Source of the DNA: Marsupella aquatica
Taxonomy: Eukaryota > Plantae > Marchantiophyta
Length of the DNA stretch: 64,000 bases
Assembly: GCA_973895155.1 (NCBI GenBank)
Contig: OZ316891.1
Coordinates: forward strand, 27,193,561 to 27,257,560
Reading direction: 5' to 3'
The notes beneath the pieces were generated by a model that saw only the letters and a program-made list of their open reading frames with translations, had not been told where the DNA came from and did no database searches. Position numbers and translations under genes: made by a program. Every line of letters begins with the position of its first letter. Within the stretch, counting starts at the first letter, position 1. Positions 51,331 to 64,000 of the stretch are shown here, piece by piece.

Positions 51331-54300
51331 AAATTTGAGAAATAGTTTAGAGTGCTAATAAAGCATCTCCACTTGAGATTTGCCAACTGGTATTGTTAGA
51401 TGTGATGTGTAGAGATGGGAAATTGTAGCCTTAAGCAAAGGTCTTAGTTTGACTAACCCATGTGTGAAATATAGCAAAAGACAAAAAAATATAACTGTCT
51501 AATTGTCTGGTCTGTCTGGTGGTTGTCTAATCTGTCTAGTGGGTTATGAAATCCACATTGTAACTCATTGTCCCAGCTATCCAGTAGAGTGTCTCAAAAA
51601 TGGACGATACCAGGACAACATCTTCCCATAACGAAGAGTCATGGAAACTCCCATAAAAATTAGTTGGTAGCCAATCTTTGGCTCTCGTAATGAAAGTCTG
51701 TGAGCTCAACACTTGACCAAAATAGCCTTAACAACTTTCCGGTGACTTTAGGTGAAAATATGGAAATCTGCAAATTCAATAATCCATAAAGTTGGGATTA
51801 AAATCATGTGCACTTTGGGCCTGACATGGTGGCTGTTGCATTGCAACTGGACAGGAGAGAACTAAGGAAAAGGGATATATGTTGTGTATGGGATTGTGAG
51901 ACTGAGGTGGGGCAATAACCTCTGTCTCGTGGGGCGGGTCAGTGCCTCAATGCTGCCTTCCCCCCATTTTTTCAATCAATAACTTGATTCTACAACCTGA
52001 GTTATGGGACTAACCCTAAACCTGCAAATCAGACCCATGGCTGAGTTCTGAGCGCTCTAGTGAACCATAACCCATTGGATCAAGTGTTGACATAGTTCAT
52101 GGCTATTAGCATGGAACCAAGCCCCAACTTGTTTGTTGTTGCTTTAGGAAAACTACTTGACTTAAATCAGCAATTAGTGGAAGACCGTTTTGTGCTGACT
52201 ACATAGTCAACTTTATATATCTGGGCTGTATTGCCCAAACCAATATTGTCTACTAGATAGTTGCAGTGGGAACGTCTCTACCCTTCACCAAGCCTACGCC
52301 TCCAAAGGAGTCCCTCCCTAGCCCCAAAATGACGTGGGTACTAGAATGCCCTTGCTATCATCTATTCCTAGATATCCGCCATCCCAAGACCAACTTTGGT
52401 CCCTTAAATGCTGCCCTCCCCCCACCCAAAGTGCTTATGGACCTGCCCTTCGACATACACATTGGCTTTGGAATGTTGACCACAATGGTATCTCTTGGTC
52501 TTTTGAGCCAACAAGTATGCCCATTTGTCTGCCATTTGTGTCCCTAGCCTTGGTGCTCCATGCTTGGCTTGTGATGGACCTGGTGATAGAACTTCAGGTG
52601 TTGGCAAGTCCAGGCACCTTGAATGCCAATCTAGGCACTGTTGATGCCATATGCAAGTTTGGCCCTCCACAACTCCAGGTCACTCAAGTAAGCACTGAGG
52701 TGTGACAATTGTCCAAGCACAAAGCACGACTAACATCCAACTCAGTGCCACTCCCAGGTCCCAATGACAGAGTTTGGTCCAGGCATTTTGCTTCAAAAGC
52801 CCTAGAGTTCTTGCTAAAGTTCCAAGTGCTATAACATAAGATCCCAAAGTCCGTCGAGAACCTGCCTTATATCGCTATGATTGGTTCAACACATTGCTCA
52901 TCTCTAGGATATGGGGTATGTCTTTTGACCAACTTCTTGAAATGATAATTTCTCATGCCTTGCTTCCTTGACTAGAAAGTAGTTGCAAGATGATCCACGA
53001 TACCTTATCACAGAAACTATGTAGTGAGACCTAAACTTGTATCCCCTTGTGAGACTTGCACGCAAACATTATGCCTACGACATGTTGCATCACCATAGCA
53101 CCCTCATTTTCCGCGTGCTGCCCAATATTTTGTCCATGTGGACAGATAGGTAGACAAACAAAAGGAAAAAACTATTTTTGGTCTACAACCCTCACTAGCT
53201 CCAGAATTTACATATGGGAATTACACTACTAGACCCGCAAAAGTTGGGTGAAAAGGGACCCTCATTTGTTCATTGTGATGGTTAGGTTGCCATATCTGTG
53301 ATGAAGTCACCCTCACATCCAAACCTTTTTTTCACATATCAAAACATTAGGCCTTATTAGATATGCTGTATTCCCTAGGACACCCAATCTTTGTCCACGA
53401 ATGAAAAAGACACAGGTATGCAACAAATGAAAGAACTATTTTGCATCTAAAGCCCTCACTAGCTCAAAATTTTACATGCATATTCATTGATCAAAATGTA
53501 TGTGTAAGAAGTATCAAATATATGTCAATGGAGATTCTCTCTAAGTGGTCCCAAAGTTTCAGATTCTCTCCCAATGGATCTTTGGGCCCACTCTCTATAA
53601 TAGTGTTCTTGTGAAAGTGTTTTATTACCAAACACTTGAGGATGACTATGTACCCTGATAACATTGTGGTAGTTCTTGTGTAGTAATGTCAAAAAGTAAA
53701 TGTGTAGGCCATAGCACTGGCCCCAGTAGAGCACCCAAGTGCCGTGCATTGGCCTTCCTACTTGAATGGTTGAATACATTGTGGCTAATGGATCCCAACT
53801 ATAATCAAAAGAGTTTATGGTTGCATTGAAGCACGCAAGCATTGTAGCACACCCAACCTCATTGCTTTTTTCTTGCTTTTTTTAAGAGAATGTCAATATT
53901 AAATAAAAAGTCAAAGAAATATTTAAAATTCTAATTTGTGCCCCCTTTGAGAACCTGTTTTGTTCTAATTGTGTTTAGGTTCATTTCTTGACATTTTCTT
54001 CTGCTGCTTGTTCTTGTTGTTTTTACTCACATCCTTGCTCATGTTTCTACTCTGCTACCCTCGAAGATGTGTGAATTGTGGCGAAGGAGTGGCCAAAAAA
54101 TATCATCTTGCCAATCCATGTTTAAGTTTGCAATTTAGCAGGTTCTAGATTCAATACATTTTGCATTGTATTCTATTTTCAAAATGCATGTATCCATTTT
54201 GACTTTATGCACCTATGCGGGTTTGCCCTAAACCCTAGTTCTCTAACTTTGTATACATTGTTGTCAAAGAATGTATACAAGTTCTAACTACAACCTGGGG

Positions 54301-54985
54301 GGTTTCATTTCCACAAAAATGGTACATCACGTGCAACGAAGTATAGGGTTGTTTTATTGGATTGAAGGGAAGACTTAAGAATTTTTGTAGAAGAACAATA
54401 GGGTCATTTAAATCCAATTTTGAGACTTATAAGAACATTAGTATCTTTTTAATCAAAATTTGGAAATATTCCAAGACCATTCCAACTTTATAGGGGTTAA
54501 AAATAAAAAACAGTCTTACATTTTAGAGGGTCTGAGATCTAAAAACGTCCCCCGAGACTACAACACTCCGTATTGTGCTGTGGCCCAGTTCACTTGACAT
54601 TACAATTGTAGTTGAATGCATTTGGCGACATGGTTAGACACTCAAAAACCGTAGAATGATTTACAATGACTTTCTTGTTGTAAGGACTATAAATTCTTAC
54701 TTGACATGAAATGGTATTGGTGGGCCGGGCCCCCCCGGTCCACTGGGACAAATTATCCATCTTTTGGTTGGTTAAGAAAGAAAACTTTGTTTGCAGTTTG
54801 ACTAAGTATATCTCTTCACTTATATATAAAAATAATTTCAGTACCATCTAAACTTACAAAAAAAGGTTGTCAAACTCCGTATTTAAAGTACTCGGTAAGC
54901 AAAACCCCATTGGGGTTGGGTTAGAGATACACCACACTCGTTGTGTGGAGGTTCTTTTTTGCCTCGAGAGGAAAGGTTTCGAGGC

Positions 54986-55057
54986 AAACCCTAGAGCGTG
55001 GAGGGGCCGACTCGCAGGCCCGAGTGAGGAGCTCCTGCACCACGAGTCGAAACCCTA
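54986..55057 (+). promoter_or_regulatory. Two telo-boxes (AAACCCTA) in the RPS7 promoter/5' region
   Basis: AAACCCTA at 54986-54993 and 55050-55057, plus site-II-like TGGGCC at 54721. This combination is typical of plant ribosomal protein genes. Confidence 0.7.
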
Positions 55058-55179
55058 GACCGTCGAAAGTCCGGCGGGAGCAGTAGCGTTGCCCCTCTCG
55101 CTGTAGTGTTGTGCAGCAGCGTTGCATTGTGCTCCTTCTTTCACTCAGTCTTTTGCAGGACGCTAGGGCTGCTGCAATC

Positions 55180-56589
55180 ATGTTTACAGCACGCAGGAAG
55201 ATCCAGAAGGAGAAGGGCCTCGAGCCTGATGAGTTCGAAGAAAATGTAGCCCAGGTGAGATTTATTCGCTGTCGTGTGTGCGTGTTGGCCGCTCGATTCT
55301 TGCTGAGCTGATGGATGATTTGTTTCTAGTTTTGACTTGTGGAATGGCGTATTGCCGTTGGAACGTATTTGCAGGCGTTGTTCGACCTGGAGACTACAAA
55401 TCAGGAGTTGAAGAGTGACCTTCGAGATTTGTATATCAACTCCGCCAAGTAAGTGCTGTGTGTTTATCCCGGTGCATCTTCGCTTTTGTTCTGACGACAT
55501 CTCTTGTGACTCCATGTTTGGTCGAGACGAGTTGTTCATTCGGTGGCGTGTGGTGGTTTGCAGGGAGGTCGATGTTTCTTCTAACAGGAAGGCAATCATC
55601 ATTCATGTTCCGTACCGATTGAGGAAAGCCTTCCAAAAAATTCATGCAAGGCTCGTCCGTGAGCTTGAGAAGAAGTTTAGTGGCAAGGTATGTCCATCGC
55701 TTCCTGTTAATTTACACGCTAGGGCTTCTTATCGTCTTGGGTGCGATCAATCTTTAAGGAATGTTCCTAAATTCTTTAGTTGAACGATGTTGTTAAGGTG
55801 TTGATACCACTGGACCTGTGGGCACACCTCGTGCAGGATGTCGTGATCATTGCCACAAGGCGCATTCTCAAGCCCCCTAAGAAGGGAACTGCCGCTGTCC
55901 GACCCCGCAGCAGAACTTTGACTTCTGTGCATGAGGCAATTTTGGAAGATTTGGTTTACCCCACCGAAATCGTTGGCAAGCGCATCCGGTATCGACTCGA
56001 CGGCTCCAGAATCATGCGGGTAAGTCTTCATTCATATCTTCTCCAGTGGTTAGGTCTAACGTGGAGTTAGACCATACTTCCATAAACGTGTCTGCTCGAA
56101 ATCCTAGAAATTCTACTTTCGCAGAGGTGGAGGAGCACATGGCGACTAACCGCTGTACCTGAGGAAACTTTCCACAGTTTTTTTCGAAGCTCTCTTGTAT
56201 GTATGCCATGGTGATGTAGTAGTTTGTCATTCTCGAAGCTCTCTTGTATGTATGCCATGGTGATGTAGTAGTTTGTCATTCTCGAAGCTCTCTTGTATGT
56301 ATGCCATGGTGATGTAGTAGTTTGTCATTCTCGAAGGGGCAAGTGGTGTACCCATCATTTCGTGATAAGGGTGTGGGCTTCTCGTGATAAGATTCTATTC
56401 ATGTTGTTGACGGAAAATCCTAATTCAATTTTAAATTCCATACGCCTACGTGAGCAGGTGTATCTTGACCCTAAGGAGAGGAACACGACAGAGTATAAGC
56501 TGGAGACTTATGGAGGTGTTTACAAGCGGTTGACAGGGAAGGAGGTGACCTTCGAGTACCCTGTACAAGAGGCTGCCGCAGCAGCTTAA
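55180..56589 (+). CDS. RPS7: 40S ribosomal protein S7 (eS7), 5 exons
   Basis: [13 protein letters not shown]..., [49 protein letters not shown]. Exons 55180-55254, 55375-55448, 55564-55687, 55837-56019, 56458-56589. Confidence 0.98.
56184..56336. repeat. 49-bp tandem repeat x3 in RPS7 intron 4
   Basis: TCGAAGCTCTCTTGTATGTATGCCATGGTGATGTAGTAGTTTGTCATTC, three copies. Confidence 0.95.
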
Positions 56590-57540
56590 GAGTATAGCTG
56601 ACCAGGAATCTCATCTCTGCTCTTTTCCTTACATTTGAGATATCTCTACGTTAGGTCCGGCCAGTCACAAGAGAACAATGAAAACGTGTTTTTTGAGGGT
56701 TCGTCTTCGCTGCTTTCTTAAACCAAATTTTAATGAATGATTTAGAGATCTGAGTACTGCATATTGAATCGATCATTTAGACATCAGAATACGGAATACT
56801 CAATTGTTCACTGAGAGATTCAAGCACGGAAGCATTGCACGGAGCCATCATGTATTTCAACAATCAGCAAGCTAAGCTGTCTGAGGTAAGCCCCAGCGGT
56901 ACATGTGGAACTGAGCACCAGACTCTTGGTTGCGTTCGCAGTCTACAGATTCACTTGCAACATTTATTCCAACAATGTCACGTGTAATGTCCGCATGCTT
57001 GCTTGAGCTTCGGAGTGGAAGCAATGCCCAATCTAGTCAAGAGTAAGAACTCCAACAAAGTATCCAGAATCTCTTTTCCATTTTTCTTCCTCCCGCTTGC
57101 CTCGTCGGACGATTGTTTCCTGCTGCCTTCCTGTTTTATCTATAAGCCTATCTTTTGTCCACCTATACCCTCAATCTTTGTCAATTCTTTCCACTACATA
57201 ATACATCCACATACGTACTTCTCAATCACCTCCTCGTCTTTAGAATCATTCTTTTAGTCGAAGCACCTTTTTTCAGATGAATTCGGGTGTTTCCCGTGCT
57301 AGCTCGTAATTAAATTTCCAACGGTACCCGTACTTGCCGAGCCACATTGTCTGCTTGGAATTACGTGTGGAGGGTTGTCGGCCAACTATTATGTAGACTC
57401 AAGAATACATAGCCCATCTGTGTTATCCCATGGATTACACTGGCTTTATAATAATGGCACTAATTCGCACATGAGGATGCGCTGGTAGGTGACCTCTTCG
57501 TTTTTACGAGAAGTTTTAGCACTTTTGTTACCTGACTGCA

Positions 57541-57662
57541 CTTCCGGAGACGCTCGTCACTAAATTTGCTCTGCGTCCACCGAGCCTGGTAGGTTTTGTT
57601 CTTCCTGAGATTCTTGTCACTAAATTTGCTCTGGGTTCACTGAGCCTGGTAGGTTTTGCTCT
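57541..57662. repeat. 60-bp imperfect tandem duplication
   Basis: Two copies containing GTCACTAAATTTGCTCTG...GAGCCTGGTAGGTTTTG. Confidence 0.85.
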
Positions 57663-58047
57663 CGATGCAGCCAAAAGTTCCTTTGGTGCAGGTTCCCCAG
57701 ATTCATGATTTGGCATTCGATCAACTTCGGACGAAAACCACCCCTAACAAGCTCGGTCCGGAAGTAATAAACCAGAGCTGTAGTAAATCAGTGAACTCTC
57801 TTAACGAACTGAGACAATTTGTTGTTGCAAAATGCAGTCATCTCCTTGCAGTCCCAACTGCTGTTTTTGTACAGGACAGTGAGCACCAGGAACATTTAAA
57901 CTTTTAAAGCACAGGAATGGAATCTAAGGATCTGCACGTCAGAGGTATCCAGTAGGAAACCTACCGAAAGATCCTTTCCACCATTAGACAGGGCTGAATG
58001 ATGGGTGATCTGATGGGTGATCCTTCTACAAAACCTAGAGACTCTAA

Positions 58048-58190
58048 CCGCTTCTCAGAGTATGCACTCAAGATTTCATCCCCAGAAGATTGCTCCCATT
58101 CTCTATTTCTCATTCCTTCCGCTTCTCAGAGTATGCACTCAAGATTTCATCCCCAGAAGATTGCTCCCATTCTCTATTTCTCATTCCTTC
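58048..58190. repeat. 71-bp perfect tandem duplication
   Basis: CCGCTTCTCAGAGTATGCACTC...CATTCCTT x2. Confidence 0.9.
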
Positions 58191-58455
58191 AGACCAGGAA
58201 AGAAAAGTGAGGGCCTTGACCTCTGCTGCCATCCCCAGTCGTTATGAAGTGAAAGCCTCGAGCCCTGTTGCCATACCAGTCCCCGGTCGTTTTGTCCCCA
58301 GTCGTTTTGTTGACATATACATTGGAATGCCAATTCTTTGTTGTAGCCCAATTTAGAACCAGAACCTTGAGGGTTTGAATTGTCACATATTTATCAAGCT
58401 ATTTATGCAACAAATATGTATTTTTTTCTACTAAAATAATTTATTAACATATGAT

Positions 58456-61400
58456 TGTTATACTATAACTAGATTTCATGGTTATTTTAACCATAGTTAT
58501 CGTATACAATAACTCGGGGGAGATTATATATAAAGATGCATCCATTCATTCTATAGAGAGTAATCTCATTATCATTTCTTGCATCATTTCTTAACACATT
58601 ATCAGTAGGATCCTAGACCAGCTGAGCTTGATCATGAATATTTTTTAGAAATTTTCATATGGTTATGATGAATGAATGTTCTCTTAAGGATTTCCAAGTT
58701 ATGGAGGAGAATTGAATTGAGAGTGAGAATGGTAATAGTTTGAACCACCAAGAAAACATGAGTCACGTTGAAACAATGACAAGATGTAACATTGTGGTCG
58801 CGCCGAGAACAAACTTATGAAGGTTTTGATATGATCAAAAAAAATATTGTTTTGAAGGGTGATTTTGAAGATCGTGTGGGAAAGTAGTATTCAAGACAAT
58901 GATTTGAGTCAAGTGGAAAACTATGGCTGAAGCAAGAGAGATCAAGTTCAGCCGCCAGATCAACCTAAATCACTCGAGGCGATGAGTTGACAACCTTAAC
59001 AAGGCAGAAAGAGAAGAGCAGAGACCGGAAGCCAAACAGAGACAACCTTGAATGAAGTTGGGTGGATCGAGAGCAAATCAGGACCCGATCGGGATCATAA
59101 GAAAAATTTTCAAAACCCTAACCTCATAAGGGACGAACACAGGCGCCTTCTCTTTCCCTAAATTTCACAATGTTTCTCAATCGTTGACAGTTTCTTGTTG
59201 GTCGATCTGCGAGCCATAAAGGATAAAAGAAAATGCCCATTACACACGATCGAGTGAAGTATAGGCATTACAAGAGGCCAAACATGGATGTTGAATTGGT
59301 CGTTTGCTGATTCAATGAAGATTCCAATAAGAACCATTTGATACAATCATATCAAATTGGAGAATTAAGATAGAAGCAAATGTCATGGAGGAAGAACATC
59401 TTGGCTTTGGTTGTGAACGTACGGGAGATGGCATCCAGCGAAAGAAACGAGTCATCGTTGTGAGGTCTAGATCTGATAGCATTTTCTGAATCCTAAACAT
59501 GAAATGTTGTGCTTGTCCAAGAATGAGCCTGAGAAGCTGATCGCAATCAAAGAATGAGCCAAAGCGACAAGTGAGATTTCAAGAGACACACATGAGTGAC
59601 TTAAACATGCAACATTCGATCTCAAAATCCTCGAGAAAAACTCGAACACCAGATAAGTGCAACCCTCATTAAAGGCACAATATAGTAAAGAGTTTCTGAA
59701 ATACAAATGCTTGGTGCACTTATCCATATTAACAAAGAAAATCTTGTTGACAACGGATGTTTTGCACTTACGGATAAACAAATGAAATGGAAAATGATAA
59801 GTGCACATTGCAAATTTACACAGTTTACACATGTAAACACATCAACTGGTTTAGGGAAATTACATGTCACTTGTTGAATTTGCATACATTAACATGCCTT
59901 ACATGTGCAACACATGCTTTACATGCATTTGACATATTTACATGTCATACCACCCTTACTTGACTTTGCACATTGGAAATAATGGTTTTATACCAAATAC
60001 CTCTACTTTCCATTTACAAAGTGGTTGTTACACCCATTTCAATCACAAAATGGTTTTTACACCATTTTACACCCCTAGTTTACACCTAATGATACCATTC
60101 TAGATTATACCTCATGACACCAGTTTACACCTAATGATACCATTCTAGATTATACCTCATGACACCAGTTTACACTGGTGTATGTCTTACCATTGTATAA
60201 TCCCATGCTTTACATTGGGTTTATACTTGTTTACACTGGTTACACCAGATTACACTTGCTTATAGCATTTACACTAGTTTACACCAATTTACACCGTCAG
60301 GGGGAGTAAACTTTGGTCCATACACTTTTTGTGTGTAAATTGACCATTTACAACTTTTACACCAATTGACATGGGTTTACACCCATTTACACCCTATATT
60401 AGGGCAATATCTTACTTAAGGGTCTTATTCTCATGGCCTTTACATCATAAACAACTCAAACGAGAGCTTTTATAGCCATCGTTCGGTGGGATGATAGTTT
60501 TTAAGTACGAAACTAATACCATACTTTTAACCATGCTCTATGACCTAGTTTTTGAGGTATTTTGGTAAAGTATAGATTTTCTGAGATCCAGTGATCGATG
60601 GCAGATATGTTTCTCACGAAAGATCCAGAATAGTCTAAGGTACAGTACTTCAGGTTAGTTCCATGACCTTAGTTTCCGGCCATATCCAAAAGCGGATAAT
60701 CAATAATCCTTTAGGGGTTTAACTGCGAATATTTAGAAACCCGAAGTAAACTCAAATCAGAATGAGTAATGAGGGGTTAATATGGGCAAACCCCATAACT
60801 TTGTCCGGTCCAACTTTATTCTAGCTTTCAACTATAATATATGCATAAAATGCATATTTAGGGGGAGAAAGTTTATTTTCTCAAACCCTAATCACACTTG
60901 ATTTACCCACTACGAGTACATTTTGGTACTTGGTCATTAAGTGAGATCTTTTGACTACCACTAGCTCTAAACTATTTTTATGCGGAGTTGTTTGACGTTT
61001 ATGAATATCACTTTACCTCCGCAAGATAGCGAATCATTTTGAGCTAGCACTTCTCTGTGCTATGACACACATGGACGTTCGATTGAATGTTTGGATTCCA
61101 CAATGTTATTTGTGAAGCTATATTGACTTGACACTTTTTGTCAAAATATGAGAACTACAGACGTGCAGGGCAAACGTGCCATATTATACACACACCCGCT
61201 GGTGTTGTGAATGCACACCCTTTGGTGCTGCAGATTATTTTTCATATAAAAACTATTTGATACTACATGTTTTTGAAATCTAAGATTGAGAGATTTCTTT
61301 GTGTGTCGACTACACACGCTTGCGAATTGTGCATTTTGCACAAAAACCCTCTATTTAAGAATCTAATTAGGAGTCCTTGAACTCTAAGGGAGAGTTTTGA

Positions 61401-62130
61401 TATTTGAGTTTTACGAGAATAATATATTCCTCGAAACCTTGTTTTGAGGGGGAGATCATATTTTTTGGACTTTTTACATCTCATACTTTACGCACTCAGT
61501 TGCACGAGATGACATTATTTATTATTATACTTTACACTTTGCGCAGATGAGCCATGGACAAGTGATTTTATGATAATAACTTAATTACTAATCATTTTTT
61601 CATATATGTTTTAATTTGTATTCGATGCGAGGATGTATGTGCGGATGTATGCGCGATGGTGAGCGATTTGGAGACATGTCGCGTTGTTGTTGAGTCGTTG
61701 AGCATACGACAACTTGTTCATTTTGACGGAGTGGAGTTGTTGCTGTTAACCCCACATACCACCGGATTCACTTGAGGACCGACAGGGCTGTACTCTATTT
61801 CCTTTAGAGCCGAGATATATATATATTTTTTTTCTCTGTTAACCTGGTAGAGTTTTTTAGAGCTGTTAAAGGTTTTAACGAGGCAGTACCTTCCTCATTT
61901 GTACTCAAATCATGCCATGTTTATAAGCATGATAATCTAGTTAGAAGACTTTTTGTCTACATAGTTATCACTACATAGCCAAGGGGGAGTGTTATACCCT
62001 AACTAGACTCCATGGTTACCTTAACCATAGTTACCGTATAGGATAACTCGGGGGAGACTATATATAGAGATGCACCCATTCATTCTATAGAGAGGAATCT
62101 CATTATCATTTCCCGCATCATTCCTCAACA
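58456..62130 (+). mobile_element. Old non-autonomous LTR retrotransposon (copia, Bianca-like) with 141-bp LTRs
   Basis: TG...CA LTRs at 58456-58596 and 61990-62130; TSD ATGAT; degenerate PBS CATTATCAGTAGGA; PPT AAGGGGGAG at 61981-61989. The interior has only decayed integrase-like traces (GHIQKRIINN) and TTTACACC repeats. The lineage call is tentative. Confidence 0.85.
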
Positions 62131-62508
62131 ATGATGTGAATGTGGAGGGTTGTTATTCGAATTATATCATACACAGGATAAGTATGTTAATTTTTGTATG
62201 TGCTCCTAATGGCCATTGGTGTATTGTTGTCACCGTTCCCCTCTTCACATGGTCATCAATTCATGAAAGTATTTTTTAGAAATCATTGGGGAAATAAAAG
62301 AGTTAATAACACACAAAATTTCAAGAATCAAAACAAATACATACCTTTTGATATTTTTTGGTGAATAGATGTAACACATTGTAAGTACAACCCGGCCTAT
62401 TGTCTGCCCAACTCCTAGACAAGTGATACCTCTTCACCTCATTACATTGACTCAAATCCTTGTTGTGTCTTAACTTTCCCAAACAAATACTAGACTGCAT
62501 CCTCTGCA

Positions 62509-62646
62509 CCTACCGGGGTTTCCGTTAAATACCACAAAAACACACAAGCACACCAATGCACCAAAGGCTTGTGGCCGTCCTACCGGGGTTTCCGTTAAAT
62601 ACCACAAAAACACATAAGCACACCAATGCACCAAAGGCTTGTGGCC
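62509..62646. repeat. 70-bp tandem duplication
   Basis: CCTACCGGGGTTTCCGTTAAATACC...GGCTTGTGGCC x2, one mismatch. Confidence 0.9.
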
Positions 62647-64000
62647 ATTACTAGGTGTTAAGCATTTACTTTTAGTCTAGGGTTATAACTATAATCATAG
62701 TTAGGGCTTATCTTAGTTGTAGACTAAGTTAGGTTAACAAAACTACACACTATATGCCCAAGCAGTGTTTGCTTGGATAACAGAGAACTTTAGCTTATTC
62801 TTACGGACCTAGTTGAGAGATATGGAGATTTTGTATTGGGGAGACTTGATATGACAAACGGGCCTATAGTGCAATAAACATCTCGTGTGTTCCCGTGGGC
62901 ATAGCCTCAAGCTGAGGTGAACCGTGTATCTCTCCATGTCAACTACTTGTGCGTTGGATGGTTCATGGGCTTGCCGTTGCGATTGTTGTCTATGTTCAAC
63001 ACCAGGGAGACGACATCGCTAAAAATTATCCTCCTACCTAAACTTTCCTACCTAACACATGTGGCACATACATGTGCAACAACCCTTTCCTACCCACCTA
63101 GGGTGACCAACGGTGTCTTCATTAGCGTCTACCAACCTAACTCCTATCAACGTACTAATCTTCTAAACGGGTTGCCATGTTTGCCGGTCCCAGTCTTTCC
63201 TCTGGTGGCCACCAACCCATTGTGCACAAGGGACCCCTACAATTGTCGAAAGCAAAATTTTCTCAAAATATTGTTTTGAGAAAACTTTTGGGTGGCCTCT
63301 TCCTTCCTAATTGCAATCCCTAAACGGCTCCCAAAATGGACTTTCAAGGGCCAACATATGGCCATCGAGTTTTTGACGTTTGGCCATCGTAACAAGAATC
63401 TTTGTCTGTACGGCCACTGCCTCATCCTGGAAATTTAGTGGAGGCCACTGGACATGGCCTCTTGCCTGGGGTGGCCAACAGTTCCTCACCTAGCTGTCGT
63501 ACACATGGTCGTGTTGCGTCGAATCTCAATTTTTCAGCAAAATGCTCTAGCTTGTATCTTACTCATCTCGACTCCGTGTGGAGCGTGCCATACCTTGTTG
63601 GATTCATCTCGGCAAGTAGTTTCCAACAATCTTGTAAACTTATAACTCTAAGATTGTTAAAAAATTGACCTTTGTATAGCCAACGTCCGTACGGATGGCT
63701 TGCCCACCAATGGTCATCTTCTCCCTCTATCATAGCCAATTCACAAATTTTCCTTGAGGTGGCCTCCTCTGATGGCCTCCTCCAAGTCCTCAAGAGATAA
63801 CCACTCCCCATTTTTCCAATGACCTCCTTTTCCACGATGGCCACCTCCTTGCATCCTTTGGCAATGACCTCTTTTACTTCTACAATGACCTCCATCTATT
63901 TCTATGATGGCCCCCATCCTTTTGTATTGCACAATTTGGGAATGACCAACCTCATGCTTTACGATGGCCTCCCAATAAAAGTCTACATTGACTAAAAGCT

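Noticed and set aside
56020-56457. Intronic C/D snoRNA in RPS7
   Set aside because: GTGATGT is only part of the 49-bp repeat; no convincing C/D pair with a terminal stem.
57030-57900. Minus-strand exon-like pieces with a 20-aa repeat
   Set aside because: Frames contain stops and no homology is recognisable, so a gene call is not supported.
63563-63932. Charged low-complexity ORF near the window end
   Set aside because: Derived from degenerate ATG(G/A)CCTCC repeats; probably a TE remnant that cannot be classified.

Overview
Eukaryotic land-plant genomic DNA with spliceosomal introns; the style suggests a bryophyte, probably a liverwort, but that is inference. Host genes: RAD54 (-), ecdysoneless/SGT1 (+), an uncharacterised 'FEAPSFSLG' protein (-), SKA3-like (+, with a U12-type intron), an Abraxas/FAM175-like MPN protein (-) and 40S ribosomal protein S7 (+). 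Mobile elements: a recent full-length Ty1/copia (GAGGG TSD; gag and pol separated only by an in-frame TGA) nested in a LINE remnant; a CRE-like RLE retrotransposon fragment split by a CACTG-ended fold-back element carrying a 196/392-bp satellite; an old non-autonomous LTR element; and a Tc1/mariner-type MITE. The best candidate for an undescribed system is at 38.6-42.4 kb: an apparently intact, spliced DUF3504/Crypton-type tyrosine recombinase gene bounded by 26-bp inverted repeats. It is joined to a ~150-bp mini-element with related ends through a loxP/att-like dyad (15-bp arms, 7-bp spacer). All exon boundaries and alignments were read by eye and no database searches were run.
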